Source of the DNA: a virus
Length of the DNA: 64,000 bases
Direction: 5' to 3' (one strand)
IMG/VR virus record: IMGVR_UViG_3300024239_000016
Coordinates: 1 to 64,000 of that record
Within the stretch, counting starts at the first letter, position 1; every line of letters starts with the position of its first letter. Made by a program: the position numbers and the translations under genes. The notes below the pieces were generated by a model, which did no database searches, had not been told where the DNA came from, and saw only the letters and a program-made list of their open reading frames with translations. This document shows positions 20,170 through 30,900 of this stretch, piece by piece.

Positions 20170-20836
20170 TCGTAAAAAAGCCCAGGCTGTGTTGTTAGGT
20201 ATGTTTGAGAAGTTAGACGCCGATGGTTTTGACTATGAGCGTCTAAAGGCTACCGTTACGAAAATGTCGGATAAAGAGTTCGATGCATTTATGGTAGCTT
20301 TAGAAAACCAAACCGTTGAACTCAGCATCACTGTACCAATTGGCGACAGTAAGAAGTTTGATATGGATCATATCTTCGCTTGTGCTGATCAGTTTGGACA
20401 TGAATTCTTCGAACACGTATGGATTGACCGTAAAGATGGCTCGCCGCCTTTCAAATCAAACCACCCATATCTGATCATCGATGGTCCTGTTCGCAGACAG
20501 GCGCAGCACTTCTCTAAGAAGGCATCTGTGCCAGTAGATAACTCCACAATCGATCATTTGACCGGACAGGTAACCGGCCCAAGTAAGGGTACCACTGTTT
20601 CAGGCCCAGAAGGCAACGTAGCTGTGGCCCTTGGCATGGTTGAATCGCTCACTGAGTTTTACAAAATCCGCGGTGGCGATAACAAAGCGCTCAACGCCAT
20701 GAATCGCGAAATCGCTCAGCGTGGCGGCGCATCGATGGATGAAATTCTCAAACTCGGTACCAAAGTAAAATCAACTCAAGCGGTGCAAACAATCCTCACA
20801 GGCATGCACCTTAAATCAACCTTAATGGATCCCTGA
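20159..20836 (+). CDS. Virion RNA polymerase beta subunit, C-terminal part (phiKZ gp149-like)
   Basis: RRQAQHFSKK, DHLTGQVTGPSKG, EFYKIRGGD match beta C-terminal motifs; SD AGGAG. Confidence 0.8.
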   Translation: MAGNRKKAQAVLLGMFEKLDADGFDYERLKATVTKMSDKEFDAFMVALENQTVELSITVPIGDSKKFDMDHIFACADQFGHEFFEHVWIDRKDGSPPFKSNHPYLIIDGPVRRQAQHFSKKASVPVDNSTIDHLTGQVTGPSKGTTVSGPEGNVAVALGMVESLTEFYKIRGGDNKALNAMNREIAQRGGASMDEILKLGTKVKSTQAVQTILTGMHLKSTLMDP

Positions 20837-20837
20837 G

Positions 20838-21626
20838 ATGAAAGACGAGTCGCTAGTCAAACGAGTTTTGATAGCTCTCGATTGTTTGTTCGATACCCGC
20901 CTTGCTTGCATAAGTCTGATTTCCGCTGCTCACGCAGCGGAAATTATGACCAAAGGTTATTTCGAACGGCAGTCAGATGAGTTTTGGAGATACTCAGATA
21001 TCGATGAGCAGGCATACCGTGAGCTCTACAAGAACAGAGGAACAAATCCCAAAGTTCTTGAAAACTCAATGATGACCATGTTCGCTGCAATCGCATTACC
21101 ATCGATGGTAAAAGAATTGATAAAGGAAGTTCTGGAGTCCCCATTCTCTTCAGGATTTGAGATTCACATTAACGAGTACCCCCACCTCCTATCGGATGAC
21201 GAACGTTTTCAGATGGCCGAAGTGATTAAAGATTTTGTTGGGGTTGACTTCGAGATCAAGTTTCAGCGGTTGCATCCAAGTCAACTAACCCCCGGCTTTG
21301 TGTCCAATCACTACGCCATGCTGACGATGTACGATTACGAGGAGTTTATTCGAGCCCAAGGTGAGAGTTTGATAAAGTCTCCTCTCACTGAGGTCAAGTT
21401 GTATGGTCCTGCTATTTTTGGACAAAAAGTTCCAAATATGGAAGAGATGCAAGAGATGATGAACGCTCAAGTCGATCCATTCTCAGAGGTGAGGCTCATC
21501 GCCTCACCTATGATTGATTTAGAGCTTTTACCTATTGCAAATTTCTCTGTAATTGACATCAACGCTCATCGCATCAAAGAGAAGAAAACGCACCTCGATG
21601 CCCTGTTTGGTATCTCTAATCCTTGA
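20838..21626 (+). CDS. Conserved jumbo-phage hypothetical protein
   Basis: 262 aa, LDCLFDTR N-terminal motif. Confidence 0.65.
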   Translation: MKDESLVKRVLIALDCLFDTRLACISLISAAHAAEIMTKGYFERQSDEFWRYSDIDEQAYRELYKNRGTNPKVLENSMMTMFAAIALPSMVKELIKEVLESPFSSGFEIHINEYPHLLSDDERFQMAEVIKDFVGVDFEIKFQRLHPSQLTPGFVSNHYAMLTMYDYEEFIRAQGESLIKSPLTEVKLYGPAIFGQKVPNMEEMQEMMNAQVDPFSEVRLIASPMIDLELLPIANFSVIDINAHRIKEKKTHLDALFGISNP

Positions 21627-22152
21627 GATTGTCGGTTCTCTTTTTGAAATCCTCGATTGTCTCCTGGACGTAAGTGCCACTTAGCTCACCTTCGACTAAC
21701 TTGGCCTCTACGAGAGTAACGCATTCCATCGGAATCTCCGGCAAAGTCCGTTCAACGGGAATGCCGGCTGTATAGACATCACGAGCAACTGTGTTGAGAA
21801 GATTGGTGATCGATAGAGTGGCTGCAGCTAGTTCGTTAGCTTGATTGACTTCTGCATCCACTCGTTTCTTGTTGATGACCTGGCGATCTAAACCATCCAA
21901 CACATTGGTAAGAAGGTTGCGATCGCTTTTATCTTCAGGAATCTTTCCATTAGCTAAGAGCTTACTGGCGATTCCGATACGCGCATTTTGTGTAAATGCC
22001 AGGATCTCGTCATCTGACATTTGCTGCGGAGTTGTGGTTACAGACTGCACGACTTGATTAGCGGAGCTTTCGCCAGCTAAAATCACTTCGGTTGGCTCGA
22101 GAGCAGGCAGCTCAGCGAGATCGTCATTGTCACTCGATTCCATGATGGTCAT
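21616..22152 (-). CDS. Hypothetical protein
   Basis: 178-aa ORF convergent with the upstream gene. Confidence 0.7.
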   Translation of the reverse strand: MTIMESSDNDDLAELPALEPTEVILAGESSANQVVQSVTTTPQQMSDDEILAFTQNARIGIASKLLANGKIPEDKSDRNLLTNVLDGLDRQVINKKRVDAEVNQANELAAATLSITNLLNTVARDVYTAGIPVERTLPEIPMECVTLVEAKLVEGELSGTYVQETIEDFKKRTDNLKD

Positions 22153-22187
22153 GATTGTCCCATTTCGATTAAATATTTTTTCAATGA

Positions 22188-22202
22188 CATATTACATATA
22201 TG
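22188..22202 (+). promoter_or_regulatory. Putative early promoter
   Basis: CATATTAC-ATATA-TG in a divergent intergenic gap. Confidence 0.6.
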
Positions 22203-22224
22203 TCTAGTAGCGAGATCTCCACAT

Positions 22225-22731
22225 GTGAAAAACCAAATTCTGAAATGGAACTGGCTCTTATGGAGGCTGTTTCACAGAGGGCTTTTTTCGGATATTAACA
22301 GCTCCGCTAAAATACCCAATGTGCAGCGTCTTCACAAGATATTGACTCGACTAAATGTAGATTTAATTAAATATCTCTACGAACATGGGGGAAAGACCAA
22401 AACATTCTACAGCTTTCATGCTGATATTCTTCAATTGCGTACGGAAATAAGGAGGCGCATAACTGAAATAAAAACCAGAAGTTCATTTGCGAATGAATCA
22501 ATTTCTGAAGGCACGATCTTCGTCAGAGACTTTTATGTAGATAAGGACAGAAGAGAGTACATTCAGTTTTCTAAACATAGTCTCGGATTGGTGAACGATG
22601 CCTTAGATTTACTCCGAGTCCTTGAAGAAGTAACTGAACCAAATGAAACCTTTCTCGATAACCATGCATCGAGAAGAAGTGCAAAAATGCTCTTGAGCGT
22701 TGAGCGCTTCGTATTAGCAATCTGTCAATAG
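22225..22731 (+). CDS. Hypothetical protein
   Basis: 168-aa ORF. Confidence 0.6.
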   Translation: MKNQILKWNWLLWRLFHRGLFSDINSSAKIPNVQRLHKILTRLNVDLIKYLYEHGGKTKTFYSFHADILQLRTEIRRRITEIKTRSSFANESISEGTIFVRDFYVDKDRREYIQFSKHSLGLVNDALDLLRVLEEVTEPNETFLDNHASRRSAKMLLSVERFVLAICQ

Positions 22732-22743
22732 ACAGGAGACTGT

Positions 22744-23211
22744 ATGAACCCGATTGGGACAAAACAGCCGTTCAATGGGAGACCCAAAAATAGCCATCTA
22801 CCAGAAGATCAGTTGTTGGCTTATATGTGGAACCTCATCCGGCGTAATTTGAAAATAACTGACGCTGAATTTGAGCGTTGTCTGAACGATTATCTTGAAG
22901 ACCCTCGGAATGTACCGGAGCCTGAAAAGCTGAGTAGCACTCGCGCTTGCATCAAACGTCAACTGAGTGAACTGCAGATGACAATGAAAACTTTCACGAA
23001 AGGACTGAAAATCATTAAGGTGGCGGAATTTGACCTGATTATGAATACCAGGCGTTCCGGTCGTACCGACATCCATCATCATGCGCTGCATGTCAACCTT
23101 GAAAAACTAATTCCAAAAACGAACCATGACGACAACACCGCAAACACCGCCGCGCCGCAAGAAGAAACCAACACCAGTGATTCTTCCAGCGGAGCTGATC
23201 CAGCAGAATAA
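22744..23211 (+). CDS. Hypothetical protein
   Basis: 155 aa, SD AGGAG. Confidence 0.7.
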   Translation: MNPIGTKQPFNGRPKNSHLPEDQLLAYMWNLIRRNLKITDAEFERCLNDYLEDPRNVPEPEKLSSTRACIKRQLSELQMTMKTFTKGLKIIKVAEFDLIMNTRRSGRTDIHHHALHVNLEKLIPKTNHDDNTANTAAPQEETNTSDSSSGADPAE

Positions 23212-23710
23212 CGATAGTCGTTACAAGCCTGAAATGGATGGCGTCGACCACATCAATGTACATACGTGGTCCAAGACACCTCTCGGTAAGTTGTTAGCTG
23301 CTGAAGCGGATTGTCGTTTCCAGCATCCAGAATTCGGCCCATTCAGATCAATCAATGCTTTCTATTTCTGGGTCACACATGTAAACGTACCCGACGAAAT
23401 CCGAGACGCATACGGCACGAAGATGCAACAGCGCTTCGGTAGGTTCAAGGTTCGTCAGATCGGCAATCTGAACGAGTTAGTGATTGGAGCTCACATTGCA
23501 AAGATTTCTCAAAACGTAGCATTGATTAAAATGCTCAGGGATTGCATCCTGCCGTTCACGTGCTATTACACAAATAAAGCTGGCCTAATAATTGAAGTGC
23601 CGGCCCGTCAGCCACTGTTGCAATTCTTGGAAGAATATCGCGCATATATTCAGCGCGGCTGTAAGCCAAGCGAGTTCAGTTACAAAACTCAGGATACCGA
23701 TCAGTACTGA
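23126..23710 (+). CDS. NADAR-like (T4 gp30.3-type) protein, paralog 1
   Basis: DGVDHINV..SKTPLGKLL...HPEFGPFRSINAFY; visibly paralogous to 24098. Confidence 0.45.
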   Translation: MTTTPQTPPRRKKKPTPVILPAELIQQNNDSRYKPEMDGVDHINVHTWSKTPLGKLLAAEADCRFQHPEFGPFRSINAFYFWVTHVNVPDEIRDAYGTKMQQRFGRFKVRQIGNLNELVIGAHIAKISQNVALIKMLRDCILPFTCYYTNKAGLIIEVPARQPLLQFLEEYRAYIQRGCKPSEFSYKTQDTDQY

Positions 23711-23721
23711 TCTGACAAAAA

Positions 23722-23754
23722 CCGGAGGGGGATCCCCTCCGGCTTATCTTTTTT
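23722..23754 (+). terminator. Rho-independent terminator
   Basis: CCGGAGGGG-GAT-CCCCTCCGG plus T-rich tail. Confidence 0.7.
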
Positions 23755-23779
23755 ATATAAGAATAATCAAAGGTATAAA

Positions 23780-24094
23780 ATGTTTCCTAAACATATGCCC
23801 GATGAAGTAAAGAAGTTAAGACCAAAACCAGTTGGCTGTAGGGTCAGCTCGTCTATTGGGTACAATGCCAATACTAGCTTTGACTACATTTTGTCAAAGA
23901 CAGACTTTAATGAACGAGTTATTAAACAGAACGGATTCGTTCTGAACGATCTACTATCTAACGGCGTTCGTAAAGAATATAGCTTAACGACGCCTGGGAA
24001 GCAAGAGATCAACATTATCCTGATCGAGGATATCCATATCACGACAGGGGTTCTTAACGCACCAATAAAAAGATTTGTCCAATGGGATAATTAA
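23780..24094 (+). CDS. Hypothetical protein
   Basis: 104-aa ORF. Confidence 0.6.
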   Translation: MFPKHMPDEVKKLRPKPVGCRVSSSIGYNANTSFDYILSKTDFNERVIKQNGFVLNDLLSNGVRKEYSLTTPGKQEINIILIEDIHITTGVLNAPIKRFVQWDN

Positions 24095-24097
24095 TCG

Positions 24098-24652
24098 ATG
24101 GATTCAGAAAAGCCAATTCCAATCTTCTCGTTCAAACCAGAAGAGGACGGAATAAGTCACATCAACATCTACTCGAACGGTAAAACACCATTGGGTAGAT
24201 TCCTCACTCACTTCGCCCCAGTTGCAGTTTTGCACCCAAAGCTAGGTAGTTTTTCTACAATGGAAAACTTTTACCATTATGTAAGAACGGGATGTAAGGA
24301 AGAGGCTTTTCGAACAATGTCCCCGTTATTGGTAAAGGTAAAATCAAGGCAGTACTTAGATACGCGCCCAAGTGACTTTGATGACATGATACGCGATATG
24401 AACAGATCCAAGGTCCTGAGTAATCAAAAGGCTTACTTGGCATTCATTCGCTCAATGTTACCATTTGATCATTACTACATGATGACAGACAAAAAGACAG
24501 GTTTAGCTTTCAAGGTTAGGCCAAGAGAAGCTGATAAATTTGTCATCATGTTTGAATGCATGAGAATTGACTTGAGGAAGAATTATGACGACGCCCAGGC
24601 TAGCATTGCCAACCTTTGTAACGGGACCTCTGGACTCACTAAAAGCAATTGA
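24098..24652 (+). CDS. NADAR-like (T4 gp30.3-type) protein, paralog 2
   Basis: DGISHINIYSNGKTPLGRFLTHF...GSFSTMENFY. Confidence 0.5.
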   Translation: MDSEKPIPIFSFKPEEDGISHINIYSNGKTPLGRFLTHFAPVAVLHPKLGSFSTMENFYHYVRTGCKEEAFRTMSPLLVKVKSRQYLDTRPSDFDDMIRDMNRSKVLSNQKAYLAFIRSMLPFDHYYMMTDKKTGLAFKVRPREADKFVIMFECMRIDLRKNYDDAQASIANLCNGTSGLTKSN

Positions 24653-25661
24653 TATCTACGACGTGGCATCGACTGCTCCGTTAAACGATATTACATCTGT
24701 CCTCGATAAACTCGACTCGAGTATTATTGATGGCATGCTCCCCAAATTCAACACGGGTGCTTTACAGGGCATTTTAAAAGATGCCAATGCAGCAGTCAAT
24801 CAGGCTACGTCTGTAATTGCTGAGGTAGAGGCAAAAGCTAAACAGTTAACTCCTGAGAAGCTTCTCCAACAAGGCAGAGCATTGGTCCCAGACCTAGCGA
24901 GTGCCCTTGATGGCGCTGGATCGAGTATTAAAGCCAGCGTCTTAGATTCGATAAAACAATTCGAAATCTCCCCGGTTATAACGTCCAATTTAGAGAATGT
25001 ATTTGGCTCTACATCGATGGACAAGCTCCTGCAGCAGAGCGGAGTAAAGAGTTTTGTTGATACGGTGAAGAATCTCGCTCTCTCCGGTAATTTGGATTTA
25101 GGTAATAAGAAGCAGACGTCACTTTTACTTAGTGGCGTTATTCATCAAGGTATCAAATCTGGTTTAGGTGGATTTGTTAAGGATATTCTTGAAGCAGTCG
25201 TAGATCCGCAAACTGCGAATCTGATATCCGGATTAGTGCTTACATCAGTTACAAGAGCCGGCTGGCTCAGTGATCTTTTCAGTATCAGTGAAAAAACATC
25301 GTATGGTTACGTCAGAGCTATTGCCCCTACAACAATTCCTAACTTTGTAAGAAGCTACCGTGCTTATTACGACACATATGGAAACAGAAACCTAGAGCAA
25401 GAACTGATTACCATCGAGACGACCTTCAACCGAATTGATCCATACTGGCATAGCCAGCGCCTCAATAATGGTCAGTTGATTCAGTCTTTCGAGCAACTGA
25501 TGGGAGCTAGTCGAGAATTTTTGGATGTGGCGAAATACGCTTCACACAGATATCCGGCTATACCGGTGCGTAGAAATCTAGCACATCTTGCCAATGTACA
25601 GCAATTGTCAGTTTCGTCAACTCTCACAAAAGAATTCCCAACTTTAGTATTTAAACGATAG
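24585..25661 (+). CDS. Probable virion structural protein
   Basis: 358 aa, next to the tail module. Confidence 0.5.
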   Translation: MTTPRLALPTFVTGPLDSLKAIDIYDVASTAPLNDITSVLDKLDSSIIDGMLPKFNTGALQGILKDANAAVNQATSVIAEVEAKAKQLTPEKLLQQGRALVPDLASALDGAGSSIKASVLDSIKQFEISPVITSNLENVFGSTSMDKLLQQSGVKSFVDTVKNLALSGNLDLGNKKQTSLLLSGVIHQGIKSGLGGFVKDILEAVVDPQTANLISGLVLTSVTRAGWLSDLFSISEKTSYGYVRAIAPTTIPNFVRSYRAYYDTYGNRNLEQELITIETTFNRIDPYWHSQRLNNGQLIQSFEQLMGASREFLDVAKYASHRYPAIPVRRNLAHLANVQQLSVSSTLTKEFPTLVFKR

Positions 25662-25663
25662 AC

Positions 25664-25704
25664 ATACACCACGCCCCAGATGGGGCGTGGTGTATATTTT
25701 TTTT
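25664..25704. terminator. Bidirectional hairpin between convergent genes
   Basis: ATACACCACGCCCCA-GA-TGGGGCGTGGTGTAT plus T tract. Confidence 0.75.
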
Positions 25705-27855
25705 TTAGTTTCTGATAGTACCGTTGAAACCGAAGGTACCAGTACCGCGCATGATTTGTCCCGCTAAGCGAACCGGCATGATGTCGCTAGCAAACGATGC
25801 AAAGTGTGCTGCGGAGAAGAACGTATCGAAGTTCTGTAATGCTCGGCTGATATTCAGTTTCCATTTGTTGTACGCGTATATCTGATCTTGCATGCCCATG
25901 CCAGACAGTACGTTGAGATAGTCAGTAAACGCACTATCTTCGCTAAACATAATCTTGGTAGGATTGAATGTCAGCCCTGTGGTGATTGGCATAGCTACGA
26001 TTGTATCTAGAGGCATAATCGTCAGATTAACTTCAACAGCAAGAGCTCTCCAGTTATCCGTAAATCCGAGATTACCAACGCCTCGGTTAAAGCTGAGCGC
26101 ACTGACGCAAGCTAGTCTGGATTGCGACCTACCTCGATCGTAGTACTCGAGAAAGAACGGAGAAGTGTAAGACTGAGGACCAGTTGCCCTTGGTAATCCC
26201 ATTGCCAAAAAGCAAGCTAGAGGGATATCGATGTCGATCAGTTGCGATATTGGATTGCCGTAAGGACCACCTAAACGAATTGTGTAATTTGCAGTCGGGA
26301 GATTTGCCGTAGCTGATTCCCAAACCATCGGGATATCAGTAAACGCATTACCGGCTAGTACATGAAGTCCCTGAACGCTAAATTGTTCAAGAGTGCCGCC
26401 AATAAAGCCCTTAACGGCATCAAGTACTTCGTTCATTAGTCCGCCCGCAAGATTACCATCCGCAAAGTTGAATCGAGCATTGCGAGCTTTGCTAGACAGG
26501 CTATTCATGGTACTTTGAATCTCAGACTGACCAAAGGAATTTGAAAACGATTCCTGGACAGGGCCAGCGTAATCTGGTCTGAAAGAGAAGAAAGCACCGC
26601 CGTGATCTAGTTCCGAAGTAAAGAACTCTCCGAATCTTTCAAACGCATTTGTGCGATTTGCAATAGATTCACTGGTCTCGGTTCCAGATTCATCCATGAC
26701 CGGCTCAAGGATGACCTCATACTCACCTGAATTAGATCTACCAGTACCATCCTGCGCTGGAATCTTAGACGTAGGGTCGGTACTCTGCGTCTGTTGAGTC
26801 GGTGTAGTTGCTTCTTTGGGTTTTTCTTGAGCCTCATCGATAGCAGCTCCAAGAGTAGTTGGCACTTTACCAACCTCACCTTTATTTCCTCCAGCTATGG
26901 AAGGATCATTGGCATTGCCGCCACCCTTCTCGAAATACATCTGCATATACGAAGGAGACTCATCGCCTTCTCGTGAAAGGAGATTTGGTGGTTTTTGATC
27001 AACGTATCTTTGACCGTAGATAGCATTTATAGCCTCTAGGAGCGATCCATGAGTTCTCATGGCGTTCTCCATATTCAAATAGACTTTGCGTGCAATACGT
27101 TGGGCTCTATTAGCTACAGCGTAGACGTTAATTGATCCATCTTTTTCGAAGATATCAGGAAGGATTTTACTGAACTCTTCCATCTCGCTTGCTGAATAGC
27201 CGTAGTTACGTTCACCGGTCTGACTCTGTTCGCGATCGTCCATGAATCTCGGAACAATACCTTTATTAACAGTTAGCTGATTGACAATATAAGTTGCAGC
27301 ATTCCAGAAAATCGGCATTGTTGGTTTCAGATAGTAGAACTTGGTAGTAGGATGTCCTAACAACATCCGTATACCAGCAGCAGCTAGCTGAATTGCCATA
27401 ATCGGCCAAAAGATAATAGAGACGACAAAACCAGCAGCCCGACCCAGCAGGAAGAACGGATCAAAGGTCCGACCAGTTCTAGCTAGACGCCCGGCGTCTG
27501 TATCGTACAGATTACCAAAGAAGCGAGTCAGCGAGTTATGTTTCGCTACTCCCATGCGACAATGTACTTGCTGCATATTGTCGTCAATGGCCTCACTGTA
27601 ATAGGGACCTTGACCATGCATTACTGGGTCGCCAGAAACCTCGCCTCGAAAAATACCAGGTAGAGGAATGTCGGCAGACTCTGTAAATTGATACGGGGGG
27701 TTAATTACCGTATTACCACCTACCGATGAATCGGTAAATTTAATCGACGCTGTTGAAAAGAAGCGGCGACTTTTGTATTCGTTTTCGCCAGATGAATCAG
27801 GCATGATAAAAGCCCGCTTAATCCACTGGGTGTCTCTTGCATAGACGTTAGCCAT
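25705..27855 (-). CDS. Tail/baseplate structural protein (phiKZ gp182-like)
   Basis: 716 aa directly after the tape measure; KFTDSSVGGN, SFSNS, YGN, YTSPF motifs. Confidence 0.65.
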   Translation of the reverse strand: MANVYARDTQWIKRAFIMPDSSGENEYKSRRFFSTASIKFTDSSVGGNTVINPPYQFTESADIPLPGIFRGEVSGDPVMHGQGPYYSEAIDDNMQQVHCRMGVAKHNSLTRFFGNLYDTDAGRLARTGRTFDPFFLLGRAAGFVVSIIFWPIMAIQLAAAGIRMLLGHPTTKFYYLKPTMPIFWNAATYIVNQLTVNKGIVPRFMDDREQSQTGERNYGYSASEMEEFSKILPDIFEKDGSINVYAVANRAQRIARKVYLNMENAMRTHGSLLEAINAIYGQRYVDQKPPNLLSREGDESPSYMQMYFEKGGGNANDPSIAGGNKGEVGKVPTTLGAAIDEAQEKPKEATTPTQQTQSTDPTSKIPAQDGTGRSNSGEYEVILEPVMDESGTETSESIANRTNAFERFGEFFTSELDHGGAFFSFRPDYAGPVQESFSNSFGQSEIQSTMNSLSSKARNARFNFADGNLAGGLMNEVLDAVKGFIGGTLEQFSVQGLHVLAGNAFTDIPMVWESATANLPTANYTIRLGGPYGNPISQLIDIDIPLACFLAMGLPRATGPQSYTSPFFLEYYDRGRSQSRLACVSALSFNRGVGNLGFTDNWRALAVEVNLTIMPLDTIVAMPITTGLTFNPTKIMFSEDSAFTDYLNVLSGMGMQDQIYAYNKWKLNISRALQNFDTFFSAAHFASFASDIMPVRLAGQIMRGTGTFGFNGTIRN

Positions 27856-27886
27856 TGCTTTTCCTTGCCGGTTAAAACAAAATAGA

Positions 27887-27918
27887 GAGGATAGGGAATC
27901 AGAAGATTCCCTATCCTC
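27887..27918. terminator. Intergenic hairpin
   Basis: GAGGATAGGGAATC-AGAA-GATTCCCTATCCTC. Confidence 0.65.
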
Positions 27919-27926
27919 ATTACTGC

Positions 27927-30900
27927 TTATGCAGACCGTCGTAAACTGACGGCCTCAGTTGGCATCGGTCTCCCAGAAACTTGTTTAGCCCCACTTCGAG
28001 GATCAGGAGTCGCAGCATTTGGTATCGCCGACGCTCCATTTTTCAGAGTGTTGGAGATTTCTCTCAGTAGCAACTCAGAACGCATCTGCGTAGCAAGAGA
28101 CTCTTTGAGAATTGCTGTGACTTCAGCTGAGCTAACTGTTTGTTTCTGATTGACTTCTTCTTGCCGCGCCTTTTGAGTTGCAGCGGCATCGCCTGACGAC
28201 GGCATCACTGGGCTAGGAGCAGGTGCTCCAACTGGCAACATACCATCGGCAGTACCGCCCTTAGATACATCGCTGCCAGCAGTTACGGTTGGCGTGTTTG
28301 CTGGTGAGCCGCCCATTCCAGCAGGTGTAGGAGCTGCAGCAGATTGTCCGTCTGGACCTATTCCACCACCAGCGTTAGCCGCAGCACCACTGCCGTTATT
28401 GGCATCCGCAATAGCTCCTTCCTTATCGGCCGGAGTCTGCAGATCGGTATCGCTCAGCTTAATGCCCCAGCGCTCGGCTTGTTTCTTAAACTTCGTTGCG
28501 AAGTCAGAGAGTATCTCGCCGAGAGATTTGGCGCGACCACTCTTATCAAGAAACACCCACGGATTAGCCTTTACAGCATCCGGCATTAGCGGAGCCAGGA
28601 TTGTTTCCGGACTATGCTTTAGTACGCGAGACGCGCCAGGAGCACCTAGGAAGTGAGCCATGTAGGCCTCAACAAACGTAACGGGACGACCAAGAGCCTT
28701 TTTCAGATGCTCAATATTCGTCTTCAGAAACTGAGCGCCCATGAGCGCAGCGGCTCGCGGATCAGTCGGCGAAGCGAACATACTGATACCGAACATCTTG
28801 CCAAACTTTGCCAGCATGCTTTGCCAGGTACTCTTGATAAATTGGAACAGTCCGGCTGCCGATGATAGAGCTTTTCCGTTCTTATCGATTGGCCTAGCTG
28901 ATGGATTGAAACTGGATTCGATAGCACAGATGATCGCAAGTAGAGTCGGATTCACACCCACCATTTTAGCCGCTGCATCTAGTAGCTCTTTAAATGCCTG
29001 ATAGCCACTTCCAGGCTTTGGCATTGGCAGCTGATCGATCTTACCACCAGTACCATCAGAGACGTCAGCTGTACTACCGGCCAGTCCCAAAGACTGAGCA
29101 ATGTACCTACCAGCGCCGGCTACACCAGAAGCCGTAGCCATAGCAGCTCTACCAACAGCCGATGCCATGCTAGATGCTGTATTGGAAATCCAATTAGCAG
29201 CGCGTGAGAACATCCCTGGCTGTGAACCAGAGCCACTACTGATATTGGATTTTGCAGCCTCTGCAGTTTTCACAGAGTCATTTGTGCTCATGTGGCGGTT
29301 CGCTTCTTCTTTTAGCGTAGCGCCTTCTTTTGCCTTGTTGGCAATTACATCGATGAACGCAGATACCGATTCGGGACTTGTCGTGAGAGTATAATCCCTG
29401 AACGGAGAATCGGTAAATGACCAAACCGGATTCCCTTGGTAAGTAGCCCCGCTCATCGCGTTAGCTAGATTTACCATCTGGATCGGATTGAGTTTACCCT
29501 GATCACCATCCTTATTAAACGATCCAACTACCTTAAAGATATTGGTCAGATACGCTAGGTACGTCGGTAAGAATCTACGGACGAACCAACGCTGCCACAT
29601 CTCTCCATGGTCGCTATTTAGAGTGGAGAATTGGAATAAACCAGATACGCGATTAGCGATAGCGAAGACATCGCCCTTCCAGACAACTACATCGCCTTGA
29701 GTTGCGGTATTTGGTAGAACTAATGCCTCTAGTCTTAGGATCGCACTTACTTTCAAGCTATCCGAGCTAGTTAGTCCATATACCCGCATCCGAATCGATT
29801 CGATCGGAGTCAGCTCGCGAACGTTCATCTGAACAACATTGGCAGAAGAGTCAGGACTAAATACAGTCGCCCTACCGACCATAGTCGATGCCGCGGCAGC
29901 TGCAGCAGAGCCCGGCTGTCCGATCATGCTAGTGACGGCAGCATTTTTAGAGCCGCCTTCATTTTGCTTATCGGCTACCTTTGATAGCTGAGTGGCCGCG
30001 ATAGCTGTACCAGCCGTAGCTGCTTGAGTTTCCGTAATCTGAGATTTAGTCGTCTCAGTCTGCGCTGATTTCTCCAATGTAGCAGTCAGTACCTTTACAG
30101 CATTAGCTACAGTCGAAGAGCTAGATGGAAGCGACTTCAAATCCTTAAACGGAGAAGTATTGTACCCATAAGGACCATCGGGGAAAGCCACGAGCTTCAG
30201 AAGCGCTAACTTATCTTGAGCGGATAAGCTATCAGCAGCACTGATCTTCTTACCGCCGGTATTCTTCATGGCAGTTAGCCATGTCAGATACACTGGTTTG
30301 AAGCGTTCTTGGTACCAACTAATGAAGCGATTGACATCGGTCCTGCTTTCCGGATTTAAGCCAAAGTCCTTAACGATCTCGGCGGTTTCGATACCACTGT
30401 CATCGATCGTTAGAGAACCACCTTCCCCGGTTTTAACAAATTTCTCGATCTTTAATTCAAGATCCATTACCTGTTGGAAATGACCTTGGTCATCCGCAGC
30501 AAAACCATATTGCTGATAACGAATGCTCGACATGTCACCAAAGCGATGGGCAGTTAAGGCTTTATATCCTCTGTAAGCTAGATAACCAGCGCCAGCGATA
30601 GCAGCCGCGATAAGGAGAGGCTTAATGCCAACGGTCATTACTACAGCCTTAGCGAGAGGCCATGCAACGCGAGTGGCTGCATTCTTAGCCAACCACCAGC
30701 CAGCTTTACCAAGAGTAGCCAGGCCAGCCAGCCCTGTCTTTAAAGGACTCTTCAGGAGATTGCGACCAAACTGTTTGGTCTTACTCCAGAGACCTGGCTT
30801 ACCTTTAGGACTCTTGCTCTTTCCTTTACCCTTGCCTTTCTTTTCATCATCGCCGTCGCCGCCGATATCTAAAGAACCGCCAGCGACAATTGTGTCACCG

